A DNA stretch of 64,000 bases from Octopus vulgaris (Eukaryota): NCBI GenBank assembly GCA_951406725.2, contig OX597824.1, positions 67,456,001-67,520,000 of the forward strand. The letters are read 5' to 3'. Shown here piece after piece: positions 46,856 through 59,417 of the stretch (its first letter is position 1; every line of letters begins with the position of its first letter). The translations under genes were made by a program, and so were the position numbers. Below the pieces are notes generated by a model. That model had not been told where the DNA came from, did no database searches, and was given only the letters and a program-made list of their open reading frames with translations.

Positions 46856-48343
46856 AAGCATTTTCCTCGATGCGGTGACGATTCTGCCACTTCAGTGCCT
46901 AGGGCGCGGCTGAGCGCTCCCAATTGTTCTGGGATATGTGGCCCATCGCCCCCATCATCTTTCTCTGCTTTGCCCTCCTCTTATTTCTCTTTTTAAAGTG
47001 TTTATTAGTAAATAGTGTTTATTTCTGTTAACTCCATAAATATTGAACCAACAATAAAATGAATTAAAATCTTGAAATGCACTTTTATAAGAGACATTTA
47101 TTTTCAAGTGTAATTATCACGATAAAAAAAAAAATATCGGTCGCTGTCTGTTCGGATCGGTCAGCTTTCGAGACCTCAGATGTTCCCGGGTCCCGAACTG
47201 TTGATTTCTTCCGCAAAATCGGGGAAGGCAGCGGCTCGTCTAAGAAATGAACCCCACGAGATGGGGTGCATTTTGCATTGCCTTTGCAGTTATGTCTACG
47301 AAGCTCAGCTGAACACAATATCCAGACTGGGGTATACAATCTGTTACACACTCTTACCACTCTCTTTCGCTGGTTATTTCCCCACTTTATTTATTTCTCT
47401 GGTTCCTTGTTGAAGAAGTAACTCTGGGGTTGTTGTTTGGTGGTTCATTTCTACTTTCACTTTCATTTTTTTTTTAAGTGAAAGAAATTTTCGATAATTT
47501 AATCTTTTAAACCTCTAACTTTTTTGTTTCTTTTCTTCTATTTTGTCTTTCTTTTAATCGATTTTTGATACATGTTGTTTTCAATCATTTTCTAAGTTGA
47601 AATGTCAAGTCTTTTCCACAGCTATTTTTGAATGTTAGGTTATAGACCGGTAACTTTTTGTTTCATAGAAGAAAAGTTGTTAAGTAATAAAATAGTATTT
47701 ATGTAACAAAAAACAAAAAACAAAAAAAAAAAACAAAGATAAAAAGAAGAATTATTGCCGTTGCCTTTTGGAAATAGAAAAAACCTCAGTAAATCTATCA
47801 TTTATCAAAACAAATTTATCAAGGGACACAACTTAGCTATTCTCTATTCGAATTATTTCCCTTACATTAATACTTTTTTTTTATTGTGGATCTATTCCTC
47901 AAAAGATGATTGTAAAGTATTTACTAACACAAACACAATTGCACGCGTACGAACACACACACACACGTACACACGCCCCCCTACACACACCGCACGCACG
48001 CACGCACCCCTCAGCACAAAAGGCTTCAAACCAGGAAATGGAATTCGTGAAAGAATATTTATGTGAAATAACTCTGGATATAAATCAAGCATTTTCTTGG
48101 ATAATCGTCTCAATGAAGACCAATTTTCTCCCAAAACAATGCAATAATACACTCTGTATATAATATTTCCTGCAGAAGTACGAGAGCGCCACAAAAGTGC
48201 ATTAGAATTAGAAGATCCTACTTTGGAGGAGAGCTTTATAATTCTTTCAAATTTATATACGTCTTAAAACTTCTGGAATGCACTTTGAACGTAAATATAT
48301 GCATCTGCATATGCATGTGAATGTGTGAGTGAGTGTGTGTGTA

Positions 48344-48402
<59 letters not shown>

Positions 48403-48502
48403 GCATGAACATCATTGTATGTTCATTTGTATTTATGCATGTTGGAGGAATTCTTGAGAGTCAACGGCCATCCAATAAATATGTAATTATAGATTTACCG
48501 TA

Positions 48503-49280
48503 TATCTGCCAGCAATAATGAATCTCTGAACGAGATGTAAACAGTAACCGCTCGACAACGTAAAGTATAATAGCCATCTCAATATGGCTAACCACTAAGG
48601 GTGGGTGTTACTGTAGCTTTTAGCCCCAGGAGATCATCGTCTCCAGCTGGCTTTAGGCACACTATCTGTGCTCTTATGGTATTTGCAAAGGGAGGTCATC
48701 CCTCTCTCGTAAGCCTAAGTGATACGCACGGACCGCAGTTTCGAGGTAGTTGCCTCTTGTCCGTGCGTATCAATTAGGCTTACGAGAGAGGGATGACACA
48801 GATAGTGTGCCTAAAGCCAGCTGGAGACGATGATCTCCTGGGGCTAAAAGCTACAGTAACACCCACCCTTTGTGGTTAGCCATATTGAGATGGCTATTAT
48901 ACTTTATTATACAAAGGGTGGGTGTTACTGTAGCTTTTAGCCCCAGGAGATCATCGTCTCCAGCTGGCTTTAGGCACACTATCTGTGTCATCCCTCTCTC
49001 GTAAGCCTAATTGATACGCACGAACAAGAGGCAACAACCTCGAAACTGCGGTCCGTGCGTATCACTTAGGCTTACGAGAGAGGGATGACCTCCCTTTGCA
49101 AATACCATAAGAGCACAGATAGTGTGCCTAAAGCCAGCTGGAGACGATGATCTCCTGGGGCTAAAAGCTACAGTAACACCCACTCTTAGTGGTTAGCCAT
49201 ATTGAGATGGCTATTATACTTTACGTTGTCGAGCGGTTACTGTTTACATCTCGTTCAGAGATTTATTATTGCTTGCAGAC
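48503..49280. repeat. Nested palindrome (a palindrome made of two hairpins)
   Basis: 48503-48873 is the reverse complement of 48910-49280, and each half is itself a long inverted repeat around a loop of about 25 nt. Confidence 0.95.
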
Positions 49281-49615
49281 AGTTTTTCGAAATCAGTGAC
49301 GGTAGTTACTAGAAAAACACTTAAGTATTTGCATACAGGTCTTCCTTTTCATCAAAAACCAGTGTTTTTTTAATTTTTCCTCGGAGTATATAAAATATTT
49401 TTCTGTTGCTGCAAATCGTTGTGTGAGTTCGTTTCCGTTTGTCTACTTTGTTGTGTTACACGTAATACAATTGTTGAAATGTTTTTGACCCAGTAATTTT
49501 CGCCCTTCGGAATAGAAAATTTCTGTGTGTTTTTTTGTGTGAACTCTTAACCTGTATAGGTTATTTTTGAAAAAAAAATTCTCTTGTCATTTGTGACAAG
49601 TTTGTGTTGTCTAAT

Positions 49616-50689
49616 ATGGAATTAGACTTAAGTTCAAAAAAAGACTTTCCCGAGATGGGAGAAGGTATAACAACTGTTAAACAAAAGGAAACACAGGCAA
49701 AACCCAGTTTTTCAGACGCCGTAGGTGGCGAAGTGGAAGAAATGGAGGTGTCAATGGAAAGACTATTCAAGTTCAGACCGCTTGTGCAAAAAAGTGGTGA
49801 AGAAACACGATTGGTACCGCCCCCTGAAACTATACAGGCAATAAAGGAAAAAATGGTCACCTACAAGGTGTACAATATAAAAGAAAAACGAATGACCGAC
49901 GTAAAAAACGAAATGGTCGAAAAGTGTATGGCACCAATATGGAGTAAAGTTCGTCATGTCAACCGAGGTGCAAGAAGCGCTACAGTGGAGGCGCATTTTG
50001 AGACGGCGGAAGAAGCAAGGCAAATTTCGATGCAAACGTTGAAAAACGAGAATATAATACTGCTACCCTTATATTTAGGATGCAGAACAGCAAAAGTGAC
50101 TTTAGAAGATATACCAAGGGGCTACGACGTGATGTGGGCAGCAACAGCGGTCATTTTTGATGTTGAATCAAAATTGACAATTTTGAGTATGAAGAGGAAA
50201 ATTGCAAAACACTGGAGAGGCCAGCAGCTGGAGATGATTATCCAGGCGGAAAATGCGACGCTGGAAAGCCTACCAGACAGAGTCTTCGTGGGGGAGGGGC
50301 ACTCCATACGAGTTTCGGTGGAAGGACGCAGGCCCAGATGTTTTAAGTGCGGGCAAAAGGGCCACGTTCGCTCCGTTTGCACAAAGAAAAATAATACAGG
50401 CAACGACCCCCCCACAAAACGCTGTGAAGAACGCAGAAAGCAGCAAAGTGGAGAACAAAGTAACGACTGGCAAAAGCAAGGAGGAAAAAAAAACAGGTCG
50501 AACTCCAAAAAGGAGGAAGACAAGAACGAAATGCAAAATGAGAAAGGAAAGGAGGAGGAAATTAATAGAACAAAAACAAATATACAAGAAGAGATGGAAT
50601 TCACGAACGTGTCGAACAAAAGGAAAAAATCCATCACCCCTGACTCCCCACCCGTAACAAAAAAAAAACAACGCAGACGAACAAATTAA
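49616..50689 (+). CDS. LINE ORF1 (gag-like nucleic-acid-binding protein with CCHC knuckle); probably continued to 51124 before a poly-A frameshift
   Basis: Long ORF containing VSVEGRRPRCFKCGQKGHVRSVC, lying upstream of ORF2. Confidence 0.85.
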   Translation: MELDLSSKKDFPEMGEGITTVKQKETQAKPSFSDAVGGEVEEMEVSMERLFKFRPLVQKSGEETRLVPPPETIQAIKEKMVTYKVYNIKEKRMTDVKNEMVEKCMAPIWSKVRHVNRGARSATVEAHFETAEEARQISMQTLKNENIILLPLYLGCRTAKVTLEDIPRGYDVMWAATAVIFDVESKLTILSMKRKIAKHWRGQQLEMIIQAENATLESLPDRVFVGEGHSIRVSVEGRRPRCFKCGQKGHVRSVCTKKNNTGNDPPTKRCEERRKQQSGEQSNDWQKQGGKKNRSNSKKEEDKNEMQNEKGKEEEINRTKTNIQEEMEFTNVSNKRKKSITPDSPPVTKKKQRRRTN

Positions 50690-51147
50690 AAATATTCTCC
50701 AATCCCACCCCGGCGGTACTACATTTATAGGCCAGCACTTTAACAAACCCCACCCCCAACTGTAAAAGGGTTTAAACCCAATGAAAAAATTATAGCATAC
50801 ACCACAAGGAACGAGAGAGCAGTAAAATTTGTGCAAGCAAGTACGCAGATCAGGTGCTACAAAGCGACCGAGAAGGAAACGGAGTGGCGATATGCAAGGG
50901 TCGGCGAAGAAGGATGGAAAGGAAAAAACTTACAAGACCTCGTAAAAGCCGGCTTCATTAAGGATGTCACCCAGGAGCTGACAACTGGGAAATTATACGT
51001 CAGCCCGGCAGCCACACCAACCCAGAGCCCGGTGGCAACGCCGGTGAAACGCCCAGCAGCAACGGCGAGTGGGGGGGGGGAGACAGGCAGAAGGAATCTG
51101 TCAGGCTCCCTCTCGCAACCGTGAGTAAATAATTTTCTTTTTTTTCG

Positions 51148-53410
51148 ATGATTTAGTTAGGTTGTATAAATGTGCGTGGAATGGGGTCGAAATGGAAACA
51201 GGCTTGTTTTCGGGACGACCTCATTTCACATAGAATCGATGTAGCTATTGTTACTGAGTCCAAGATGAAAGGACCCCAAGCGTTCTCACCACTTCTCAAT
51301 GGTTACGAGAAATTTATTTCTCCTAGCCGGGAGGGAGGTGCAGGTGTGGCAGTTCTTTTCAGGAAGAACTTGGACTTACAGGTAAGTACTGTCTTTCTGG
51401 ACCCAGAAGGTAGGCTGGTTGTCCTAGATGTGACGCACGTGAGTAAGCAGTCCTTCAGGTTGGTGGCTGTCTACGCTCCTAATGGACGTGGGCAGACCGG
51501 TTTTTTCGGGAACTGGAGCACTTTCTAGTGACGTCCAAAACGGTAGTCTTGGTAGGGGATTTCAACACCATTCTCGATGCGCGGGTGGATGGTGTAGGCT
51601 CGAGCGATAGGAAGGGGAATCCTGGCCTCAAGGCTCTACTAGCGAGCTTTAATCTAGTAGACCGTTTTCGACTGGATGAGCCGAACGTTCCACAGTGGAC
51701 GTGGAGTAATAACGACGGCTCACGCAGATCGTACATAGATAGAGTATTTGTTAAGGAACGAGATAGGAATAGTGTTAGCTGTCCACAATTCTCTGTTGTG
51801 CCTTACACGGATCACAAACTCGTGACGTGTGAGGTACTGGTAGATAAATGCCATAGACAAGGTCCCGGGTACTGGAAAATGAACAAGTCTATTTTGACTT
51901 GTGAAGCTTTCCGTACCCGGATTAAGGAATTAATACAGAGGGCATTATGTGGCACCATCATTAATAATAGATGGTGGCTCGCCCTCAAAAGAGCCATCCG
52001 TTTGGAGTCCATTAGATTTAGCAAGCAGCTAAGTTTAGATAGGACTAGAATAGAGGGCGAATTAGTTAAGAACTTAGACGAGGCTATGGAATCTGGCTGT
52101 GCATCCGGAGTGTTGGCAGCGAGAGCGGTATTGTACCGTCACCTCAACGCCAAGCACGAGGGGTGTAGAGTCAGAGCTAAGTTACGTGCAGGAAAACGAG
52201 AAGGTATTAACGTTGCCGGACGGGCCCGTCGTGAGGAGAGTCAGAAGGGCAAAAAGTCCTGTATTATGTCCTTAACTGACGAGCAGGACCGCAAGATCTA
52301 TGGACAGGAGGAGATGCAGAAGGTCCTTCACCAGCATTTTGCACGGCTGTTTGGGGACGGTGGTCCGCTCGAGCGTGGGGAGACCTTAAAGGACTTCCTA
52401 GCTGGTGGGCCTCGGCAAGTGAGGCGGAGTGCTGTGAAGGATCGATCTCTCCCGCGGAGGTAAGAGGGATTATGGCCGAGTGCGCCGGGGAAAAGTCGCC
52501 GGGATTGGATGGTCTGCCCTATGAATTTTATTGTTGTATGCCGGACTTGTTCGGGGACATACTGGCAAGCGTCTATGCAAACTGGCAACAGAATGGGAGG
52601 ATTCCCAGCTCTGTGAGTCGGGGAGTTGTGACGCTGATCCAGAAAGACCCGAGCAAGGGGGACAGTATTAGTAATTACAGGCCCATAACTCTACTTAATG
52701 TAGAGTTTAAGATTTTGGCCAAGGTGTTAGCAAAAAGGTTGACGGCTGTCGTGGAGAAACTTGTCGGGAAGGCACAGACATGTGCAATCCCAAGCAGGTC
52801 GATCCAGGATAATCTTCACCTTCTCCGCTACACTATAGATAGGGTCGGGAAATTAGACAGCAAAGGAGGGGCATTGATCCATTTAGACCAGAGTAAAGCG
52901 TTCGATAGGGCAGATCACCGGTACTTGGCGGCGGTCCTCGAAGCGGCTGGGCTGGGCCCTGGCTTCTGCGGGTGGATCTCATCTATGTACCTAACGGAGC
53001 CATTTTCGATCAAGCGTTCAGTTCGTCAAGGGTGCCCCTTGTCCCCGCTCCTGTATGTTTTGGCTCTTGAGCCATTGCTGCGGAAGCTGGAGAAGTTGGG
53101 AGGCAACCCTAATGAAATCGGATGCGGTAAGTCTGTTTCTGCCTATGCGGATGACGTCACCCTCATCGTGTCCAACGGAACACAGCTACCTCGGGTAGCA
53201 GGTGCTCTCCATAGATACGAAGCGGTGGCAGGGGCAAAAGTTAACAGGGTCAAGTCCATCGGTTTGCACCTCGACACCTGGAGGAACAAGCCGATACCTT
53301 CCAGTGTTGTTGGACACTGGACGGATGGTCCTGTTAAATTGCTCGGAGTCTGGTTTGGTCCAGACTCCCAGACGGAGAAGAATTGGAGCGAGGTAACGAG
53401 CAAGGTGGAT
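51148..53410 (+). pseudogene. LINE ORF2 (AP endonuclease and reverse transcriptase), disrupted
   Basis: MI*LGCINVRG, VYAPN, GDFN, IDRVF, TDHK, GPGYWKMN, KSPGLDGLPYEFY, YRPITLLN, DQSKAFDR, VRQGCPLSPLLY, AYADD. One early stop, frameshifts near 51520 and 52420, and a small deletion near 52990. Confidence 0.92.
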
Positions 53411-53889
53411 GCCATACCGAAGCTGGTCTTCATTCGCTTTGTATGCGTCAAGGAAATAGATACCATACTTGTCATATAATAGGGACAGTTATCTCGATTA
53501 CACTCCCCCAATACCAAATAATTTTGTTAACCGTTCCGAGCGACAAACCTTTATTTATAGTATAATATAGAAACAGAGGAACAGTTCAAACTTCATTGCT
53601 GTAATAGCTAGTTATCTCCCTTGAAATAGATTATTTCTTAAAACATCTCTGAGTGGCAAGTGTTCGCATAAATGGTGAATTATCGACGGGGTTTCCCTTT
53701 GGTCGCGCGATCAACTAGAAATAGTGCTAAACCTCACCATATTGTCTAGAAAACGTGAAGAACTCATTAGATTATAAATATATTCTTTAAAAAGAAAGGA
53801 TGGCCTTCAGCTGCTGATACGACTTTGATCACAGATTTTAATCAGAGCTGATCTTAGGGTTAAGCATCAACTACTACTACTACTACGAC

Positions 53890-54170
53890 TTTACTTTTCA
53901 TCCTTTTAGGGTCGATTAAATAAGTACCAGTCACGCACTGGGGTCGATATAATCGACTTAATCCGTTTGTCTGTCCTTGTTTGTCCCCTCTGTGTGTAGC
54001 CCCTTGTGGGTAGTAAAGAAATAGGTATTTCAACCGTCGCTACGTTTTGAGTTCAAATTCCGCCAAAGTCGACTTCCGGAGGTCGATAAAATAAGTACCG
54101 TTTACGCACTGGGGTCGATGTAATCGACTTACTCCCCTCCCCCACGCTGCCCTTGTGGCAAAAAATTGAA
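53890..54170 (+). mobile_element. Second-family SINE fragments
   Basis: gggtcgattaaataagtaccagt...ccccttgtgggtagtaaagaaata is the reverse complement of the copies at 34555 and 37075. Confidence 0.8.
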
Positions 54171-54463
54171 ATCATCATCGTAATGAGGATCAGTTTCGTT
54201 ATTGTGGGTAGAATGGATAATGGAATTGGAGCAGATGCAAAACAGCAGGAAATGGGGGGAAAACATCTTGTTTGCAAACACGCAATTAATGTATACACAC
54301 ACAATCATTCACATAGACAAAGATGTAAACCGTTATCATCGCAAATAAACCTTATAAAGTTTAATAACAAAATTGAAAATTTTACACCATTACCACAGAT
54401 ATTAGCTTTCATTTCAAAATATTAACAAAATATTAACTGAATTCCATTTAAATATTTCCACAG

Positions 54464-54489
54464 CTTGGCTTATGCATTCGTCGTCCCAG
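54464..54489 (+). CDS. Possible 26-nt micro-exon of the plus-strand SLC22-like gene
   Basis: tttccacAG|c ttg gct tat gca ttc gtc gtc cca g|GTATCT gives LAYAFVVP and is phase-compatible (G+AG=Glu) with the exon at 56565. The donor is weak and this could be chance. Confidence 0.3.
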
Positions 54490-55946
54490 GTATCTGTCTT
54501 TTTTTACCAGTTTCAGTCGTTGGAGTGCGGCTAGGCTGGGGCACATACATAATATTTAAATTCAAAGCTCTTTTATTCCCCCACCCCAACTGTGTTTTTA
54601 AAAAGCACTGATTATATTATTGCAAAGTGTCGAACTATAAAATATTATATATTTTGAGTTGTTTTTAATTTCGTTAGGCTAGTAATTCGGTTTCAAACCT
54701 GGCTACGAATCCACCCACCACACGCAATAGACTGGCGATTGCACGGGCTCGAAAGCTACGTTGTTATCCTCATTCCGTAAACTGTGGCTTTTAACGGGTG
54801 GAGAGCTGAACCCTCCTGGGGTATAGAGGATTCGCAATCTAGACTAGGGTCTGACAGTTTACCACACCATAGTGGGTTACACCATGGTTCCTCTGTTTTG
54901 TGGCAGAAGTAGGAAGAAAGAGTGAGAGAAAGTTGTGGTGAAAGAGTACGGCGGGATTCACCCCACGCCGGAGCCTCGTGGAGCTTAGGTGTTTTTGCTC
55001 AATAAACAAGCAGGTGCTGTCTGCCAGTAGAGAAGGAAAGAGTAAGAAATGCACGGTGCTGACTAGAAAGGAAGAAAGGATAAATTTGACTCTGCTTTGA
55101 TTGGCTGTATGCAAATGAGTTTATTACTGAGGTCAGGAACTCTGGTGCAAAAGAAATCGTGGGGCGGAATTATGTTTGTGACATATTTTATTTTACAAAG
55201 GCAAATTCAATGCGATTATCTTGGATAAAAATTCTCGCTAGTGGTAAAAATTGTAAAAGAACTATATTCCGGAATTTCCCGTTGAGGAAGGCTAAAGAGT
55301 TAGAAAGACGCGTATAGGAATACGCTATAGGGAAGCACTGGGCAGTTAAATTGTTTTTATACCTTTTATCTGAAGACTGAATCTTTTCTCCTTGGTAATT
55401 TCAGTGAATTTGCTATTAGAAATTAAAACATATCACACACATTTTAACAAACCTCTAACCTAAAGTTCCGTCATGTTGAACCGTTAAACCTTAAAAAAAC
55501 GTTTTTTCCATCTTCGTTTTTTTTTTTTTCATTCTCTCTCCTTTTTTCTCTTAATCTTTTCTGTCGAAGGGCATAGGCTCGAAACGTAAAAGTCGTTTCC
55601 ATTCTTTCCGAGGGTTAAACTAATACACCTGCTTGTTGTTCATACACCTGTCTTTAGCACTCGGAGTTATTTGGGGAGCTTCCTAGGCGAGTCGTCTCGC
55701 CTGGTCTGGGACAATCAAGTGCTCTTTAACATGAGGCGTCGTTTGGGGAGCTTTACCCGGAATCTGCAAATTTTGTGTAATTAACAAAACATATACACTA
55801 TGTTTGTGCGACTGATGATTATGAATCAACAGAGTATATAAAACCACTTACTAAAATCAGAGCCAATGCTCCAAAAAACTCCACGATAAAGATACATACG
55901 AGCAATTCAATGATCATATGAGAAACAGGTTTACCTTTGTGTTGAA

Positions 55947-56146
55947 TACATCAGTAAGTAATGTATATTTCAATATCAACTGATTTCATGCGGGACGTTT
56001 TAAGTAAGAACGCACACGAGCTAATTTAGTGAATACTTTTGAAATAGATGTTAAAAATGTTATTTTCAACTAAAGATTTCAGAACATGTTTGTCATGCAA
56101 AGCACGAAATCAACTGATATTGAAATATACATTACTTACTGATGTA
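55947..56146. repeat. Inverted repeat with arms of about 45 bp
   Basis: tacatcagtaagtaatgtatatttcaatatca vs tgatattgaaatatacattacttactgatgta. Confidence 0.85.
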
Positions 56147-56370
56147 ATGGCTGGCCGTTAGTAAGGAGAGACACACAAATAAGAAAGAAGAAAGCAAAGG
56201 ACCACTGATGAGGTCACAGAAGTGTTACGAAAGAACTCTGGCCGAAATAAGACTAAGATTAATGTAAAAAATAAAAAATTAATAACGCTGAAGCAAATTA
56301 ACACCACATATATAGTGCGTGTGTTTTTATAGGCTAAACTGGCAAAATGACCATTCCTAAATACAACAAC

Positions 56371-56414
<44 letters not shown>

Positions 56415-56564
56415 CATACACGTACACACATACATAGCATGTGTATATACGTATACACTGACATAGTAATATAAATACACAGAGACACACACACATACAC
56501 GTTATGTATCACTTGTCTAATGTATGAAAACTTATTTCAACTGTAACACGTTCTGTTCTTCTAG

Positions 56565-56685
56565 AGGACAGCCAAACACTGGATTACATTGTTCTGGCAT
56601 TGTATATTTTGGCACTTTCTGGACTGAGTGCTGCTGCTAGTGGTGACTATATCTACACCTCGGAATTGTTTCCTACGGAAATATG
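56565..56685 (+). CDS. SLC22/sugar-porter-like MFS transporter internal exon (TM10 region)
   Basis: Acceptor ttctgttcttctAG, donor GTCAGT. Encodes DSQTLDYIVLALYILALSGLSAAASGDYIYTSELFPTEI, which contains the family motif Y-x-Y-T-x-E-L-F-P-T. Confidence 0.85.
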
Positions 56686-57463
56686 GTCAGTTGTCTTTAA
56701 TAATGAACGCCTTTGTTAAAATAATATCAAGCCTACGTTTCTTTTATATGACTGAATGCACAGAAGCAGTTCGGTGATGTACACTAATAATAATATTTAT
56801 ACAATATGGAGAGCGAGCGATAGATAGACAAATAAACAGATAGAAATAGAAAGAGAGAGAGAGAGAGAGAGAGAAAGGGAGAGCGGGGAGAGGAAGAAAT
56901 TACAAAGAACTCTACTAGCACCTGCACACATGCACACACTCACGCACATACAAATGCTGCTGGTGCTGTTGGCTCTATCAATATAGTATTTTAAATATAG
57001 ATTTAAAATGCTATACTGATCTTAAATACTTGGTGGTTGTTTCTAATTAAACGTGTAATAGCTATGTGGTTAGCTTGTAGTTATTGAATATCTTTGATGA
57101 AACCAGATTCTCATCAAAAACCATGAAATGAATTGTTAAACTATTGTATACAGTCATATTTGTCGGCATTCCGAGTTAAGATTCCATCCGAATCAACGAC
57201 ACCATCAACCTTCCAGCAGTGATTCAGTACCAGTAAAAGCATAGTCCTGCGCTGAAGTAGTTTACCTCTCAAGTATATGACTCTCTAATTTGAATTCCCC
57301 GGTACTGCACCTTGGGTATGTATCTTCTACCAATGTCCATAGTGAACGGAAGCTCTGTGGAACACTGTAGAAACGTCTGCGAGTGTTTTTAGGTTATATA
57401 CTTAATCCATCACCCACTCGAACATAAAATTTCTTGGTGTCTTGGAAGAAAGTTCATTTAATT

Positions 57464-57865
57464 GCAGGAGTAGCTGCGTGGTAAATAGCTTGTTTACCAA
57501 CCACATGGTTCCGGGTTCAGTCCCACTGCGTGGCACCTTGGGCAAGTGTCTTCTACTATAGCCTGGGGCCAACCAAAGCCTTGTGAGTGGATTTGGTAGA
57601 TGGAAACTGAAGAAAGCTCGTCGTATATATGTATATATATGCGTGTGTGTGTTTGTGTGTCGGTATTTGTCCCCCTAGCATTGCTTGACAACCGATGCTG
57701 GTGTGTTTATGTCCCCGTTACTTCGCGGTTCAGCAAAAGAGACCGATAGAATAAGTACTGGGCTTACAAAAGAATAAGTCCCGGGGTCGAGTTGTTCGAT
57801 TAAAGGCGGTGCTCCAGCATGGCCGCAGTGAAATGACTGAAACAAGTAAAAGAGTAAAGAGAGAG
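57464..57865 (+). mobile_element. Full-length tRNA-derived SINE in the intron between the two SLC22-like exons
   Basis: Same family as 46424-46855. Confidence 0.9.
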
Positions 57866-58268
57866 TATTCAGACCACGTCTCCGGTTTGAGGAGAGATAA
57901 CTCGCTAACTGGCTAAGGTGCATTCTACGGTATTCTTTTGCTTTTTTGGCTTCTTCCGATTTGTACTCTACCAATCTTAATGATTCTGCTAAATGATATG
58001 GAACACAATTCTTATTTCCCCGTCTTACAAGAAACACAAAAACATGTAGTATAGTGGAAGATGATGACCCAGTAAGGTTAAAATAAAATGATTATAACCA
58101 GTAAAAGATAATGAACTGACAGCATTATAACATAAATTAACAGGATAATATGCTGTAAAGGTAACATTTAATATCCTATAACCATCTCACCTATATGATT
58201 CAACGTGATATTGTTTTATGTATTTATTCTAAGTATTGATTCTAATCGTAAATACCTTGTAACTATAG

Positions 58269-58341
58269 AAGCGCTGGAAATGGTTTTGCTACGACTATCA
58301 TGCGGCTTGCATGCACAGCAGCGCCATTCTTCAAACTATTG
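58269..58341 (+). CDS. SLC22-like MFS transporter internal exon (TM11 region)
   Basis: Acceptor ctatAG, donor GTAAGT. Encodes SAGNGFATTIMRLACTAAPFFKLL, matching the G-x-G...R-x-x-x-x-x-A-P segment that follows ELFPT. Phase is compatible with the previous exon, but the junction codon is TG|A. Confidence 0.8.
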
Positions 58342-58599
58342 GTAAGTGAACAATTATCCCATTGAATCTTAATTGCTGCCCCAGCTCCTAATAAACTCGA
58401 TTATTAAGATATACTTTTTCTTCGCATAGATGATATTTTTCGGAATAAATCGCTTTCCTTCTATATTAATGATTGCGATTAAGTGACACAGTAGACTACA
58501 TTTAACACACGCACGTACACACACACACACACACAACACACACACACACACATTTAAAGCCTATGTCGGAGGATAAACTATCTGCACCAACTTGCTATA

Positions 58600-59417
58600 A
58601 AAGCAGGTAGTAATTTTCTTAGTGCATGTTTTGAAGAGAGCAGTTCGATTTTAACAGTTATTTTTTCAAAGCTATGATGGAAGAGACAAAGGAGCATATT
58701 CGGCATATTTTGCTTTATGAGTTCAATAAAGGCAACAGCGCAACGGTAAGTGCAAGGAATATTAATGCAGCATATGGGGATCAGACAATAAGCGTAAGCC
58801 AGTGTCAACGGTGGTTCCAGATATTCCGAGTCGGAAACTACAGTCTAGAAGACAAGTCTTGTCCTGGAAGATCTGTAGAGCTCAACGAGGTCGTCCTGCA
58901 AACCCTGGTGGGACAAAATCCTATCGTAACTGTTGAGGAACTAGTAGAGAAGCTTGCATTTGGTCATTCATCCATTCATCGACACCTGCGTGCCCTCGGA
59001 GGAGGACTATCTTTGGTTTCAAGACGAAAGGTATTCTTCCATAAGGATAATATTGGACCACATACTGCGAGGATGACATTCCAAAGGCTGGAACAGTTTG
59101 AACGGGAGCCGATGCCTCACCCACCATATTCGCCGGGCATTACCCCATCTGATTTTCATTTATTCTGTAGAATTCAAAATCATTTGGAAGGAAAACATAT
59201 GAATTCTGTAGACGAGGTCAGAACTGTACTGGAGGAGTATTCTTCTTCACGGACAGGTGAATTTTCGAAGACTGGCTTTGCAAGTCTACCAGATAGATGG
59301 AAGAACATTGTAGAAAATGAAGGAGAGTATATTTCAGATTAAAAAAGTACTTTATCATAATTTTGAAAAATAAAAGTAATATAAAAAATATCGCATTATT
59401 TATGGGATGATCCAATA
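58600..59417 (+). mobile_element. Mariner transposon with an internally deleted but open 222-aa ORF (58674-59342)
   Basis: HIRHILLYEF..G.SA, WFQ.FR.GNYSLED..PGR, HKDNIGPH, HPPYSPGITPSDFHLF. 3' TIR-like gcattatttatgggatgatccaaTA. The first catalytic D region is missing. Confidence 0.9.

Larger units (their letters stand above)
49285..53410 (+). mobile_element. Tx1/L1-clade non-LTR retrotransposon, 5' portion present, 3'-truncated, disrupted
   Basis: 5'UTR, then ORF1 with a zinc knuckle, then ORF2 with APE endonuclease and RT motifs. Homology ends at about 53410. Confidence 0.92.

Noticed and set aside
47290-48268. Acceptor-like sites (cctttgcAG near 47289; tttcctgcAG near 48175) followed by short open frames
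   Set aside because: The peptides show no recognisable similarity to SLC22 or anything else, so support is insufficient.
50122-50836. Minus-strand ORFs of 171 and 188 aa
   Set aside because: Antisense shadows of the A-rich LINE ORF1.
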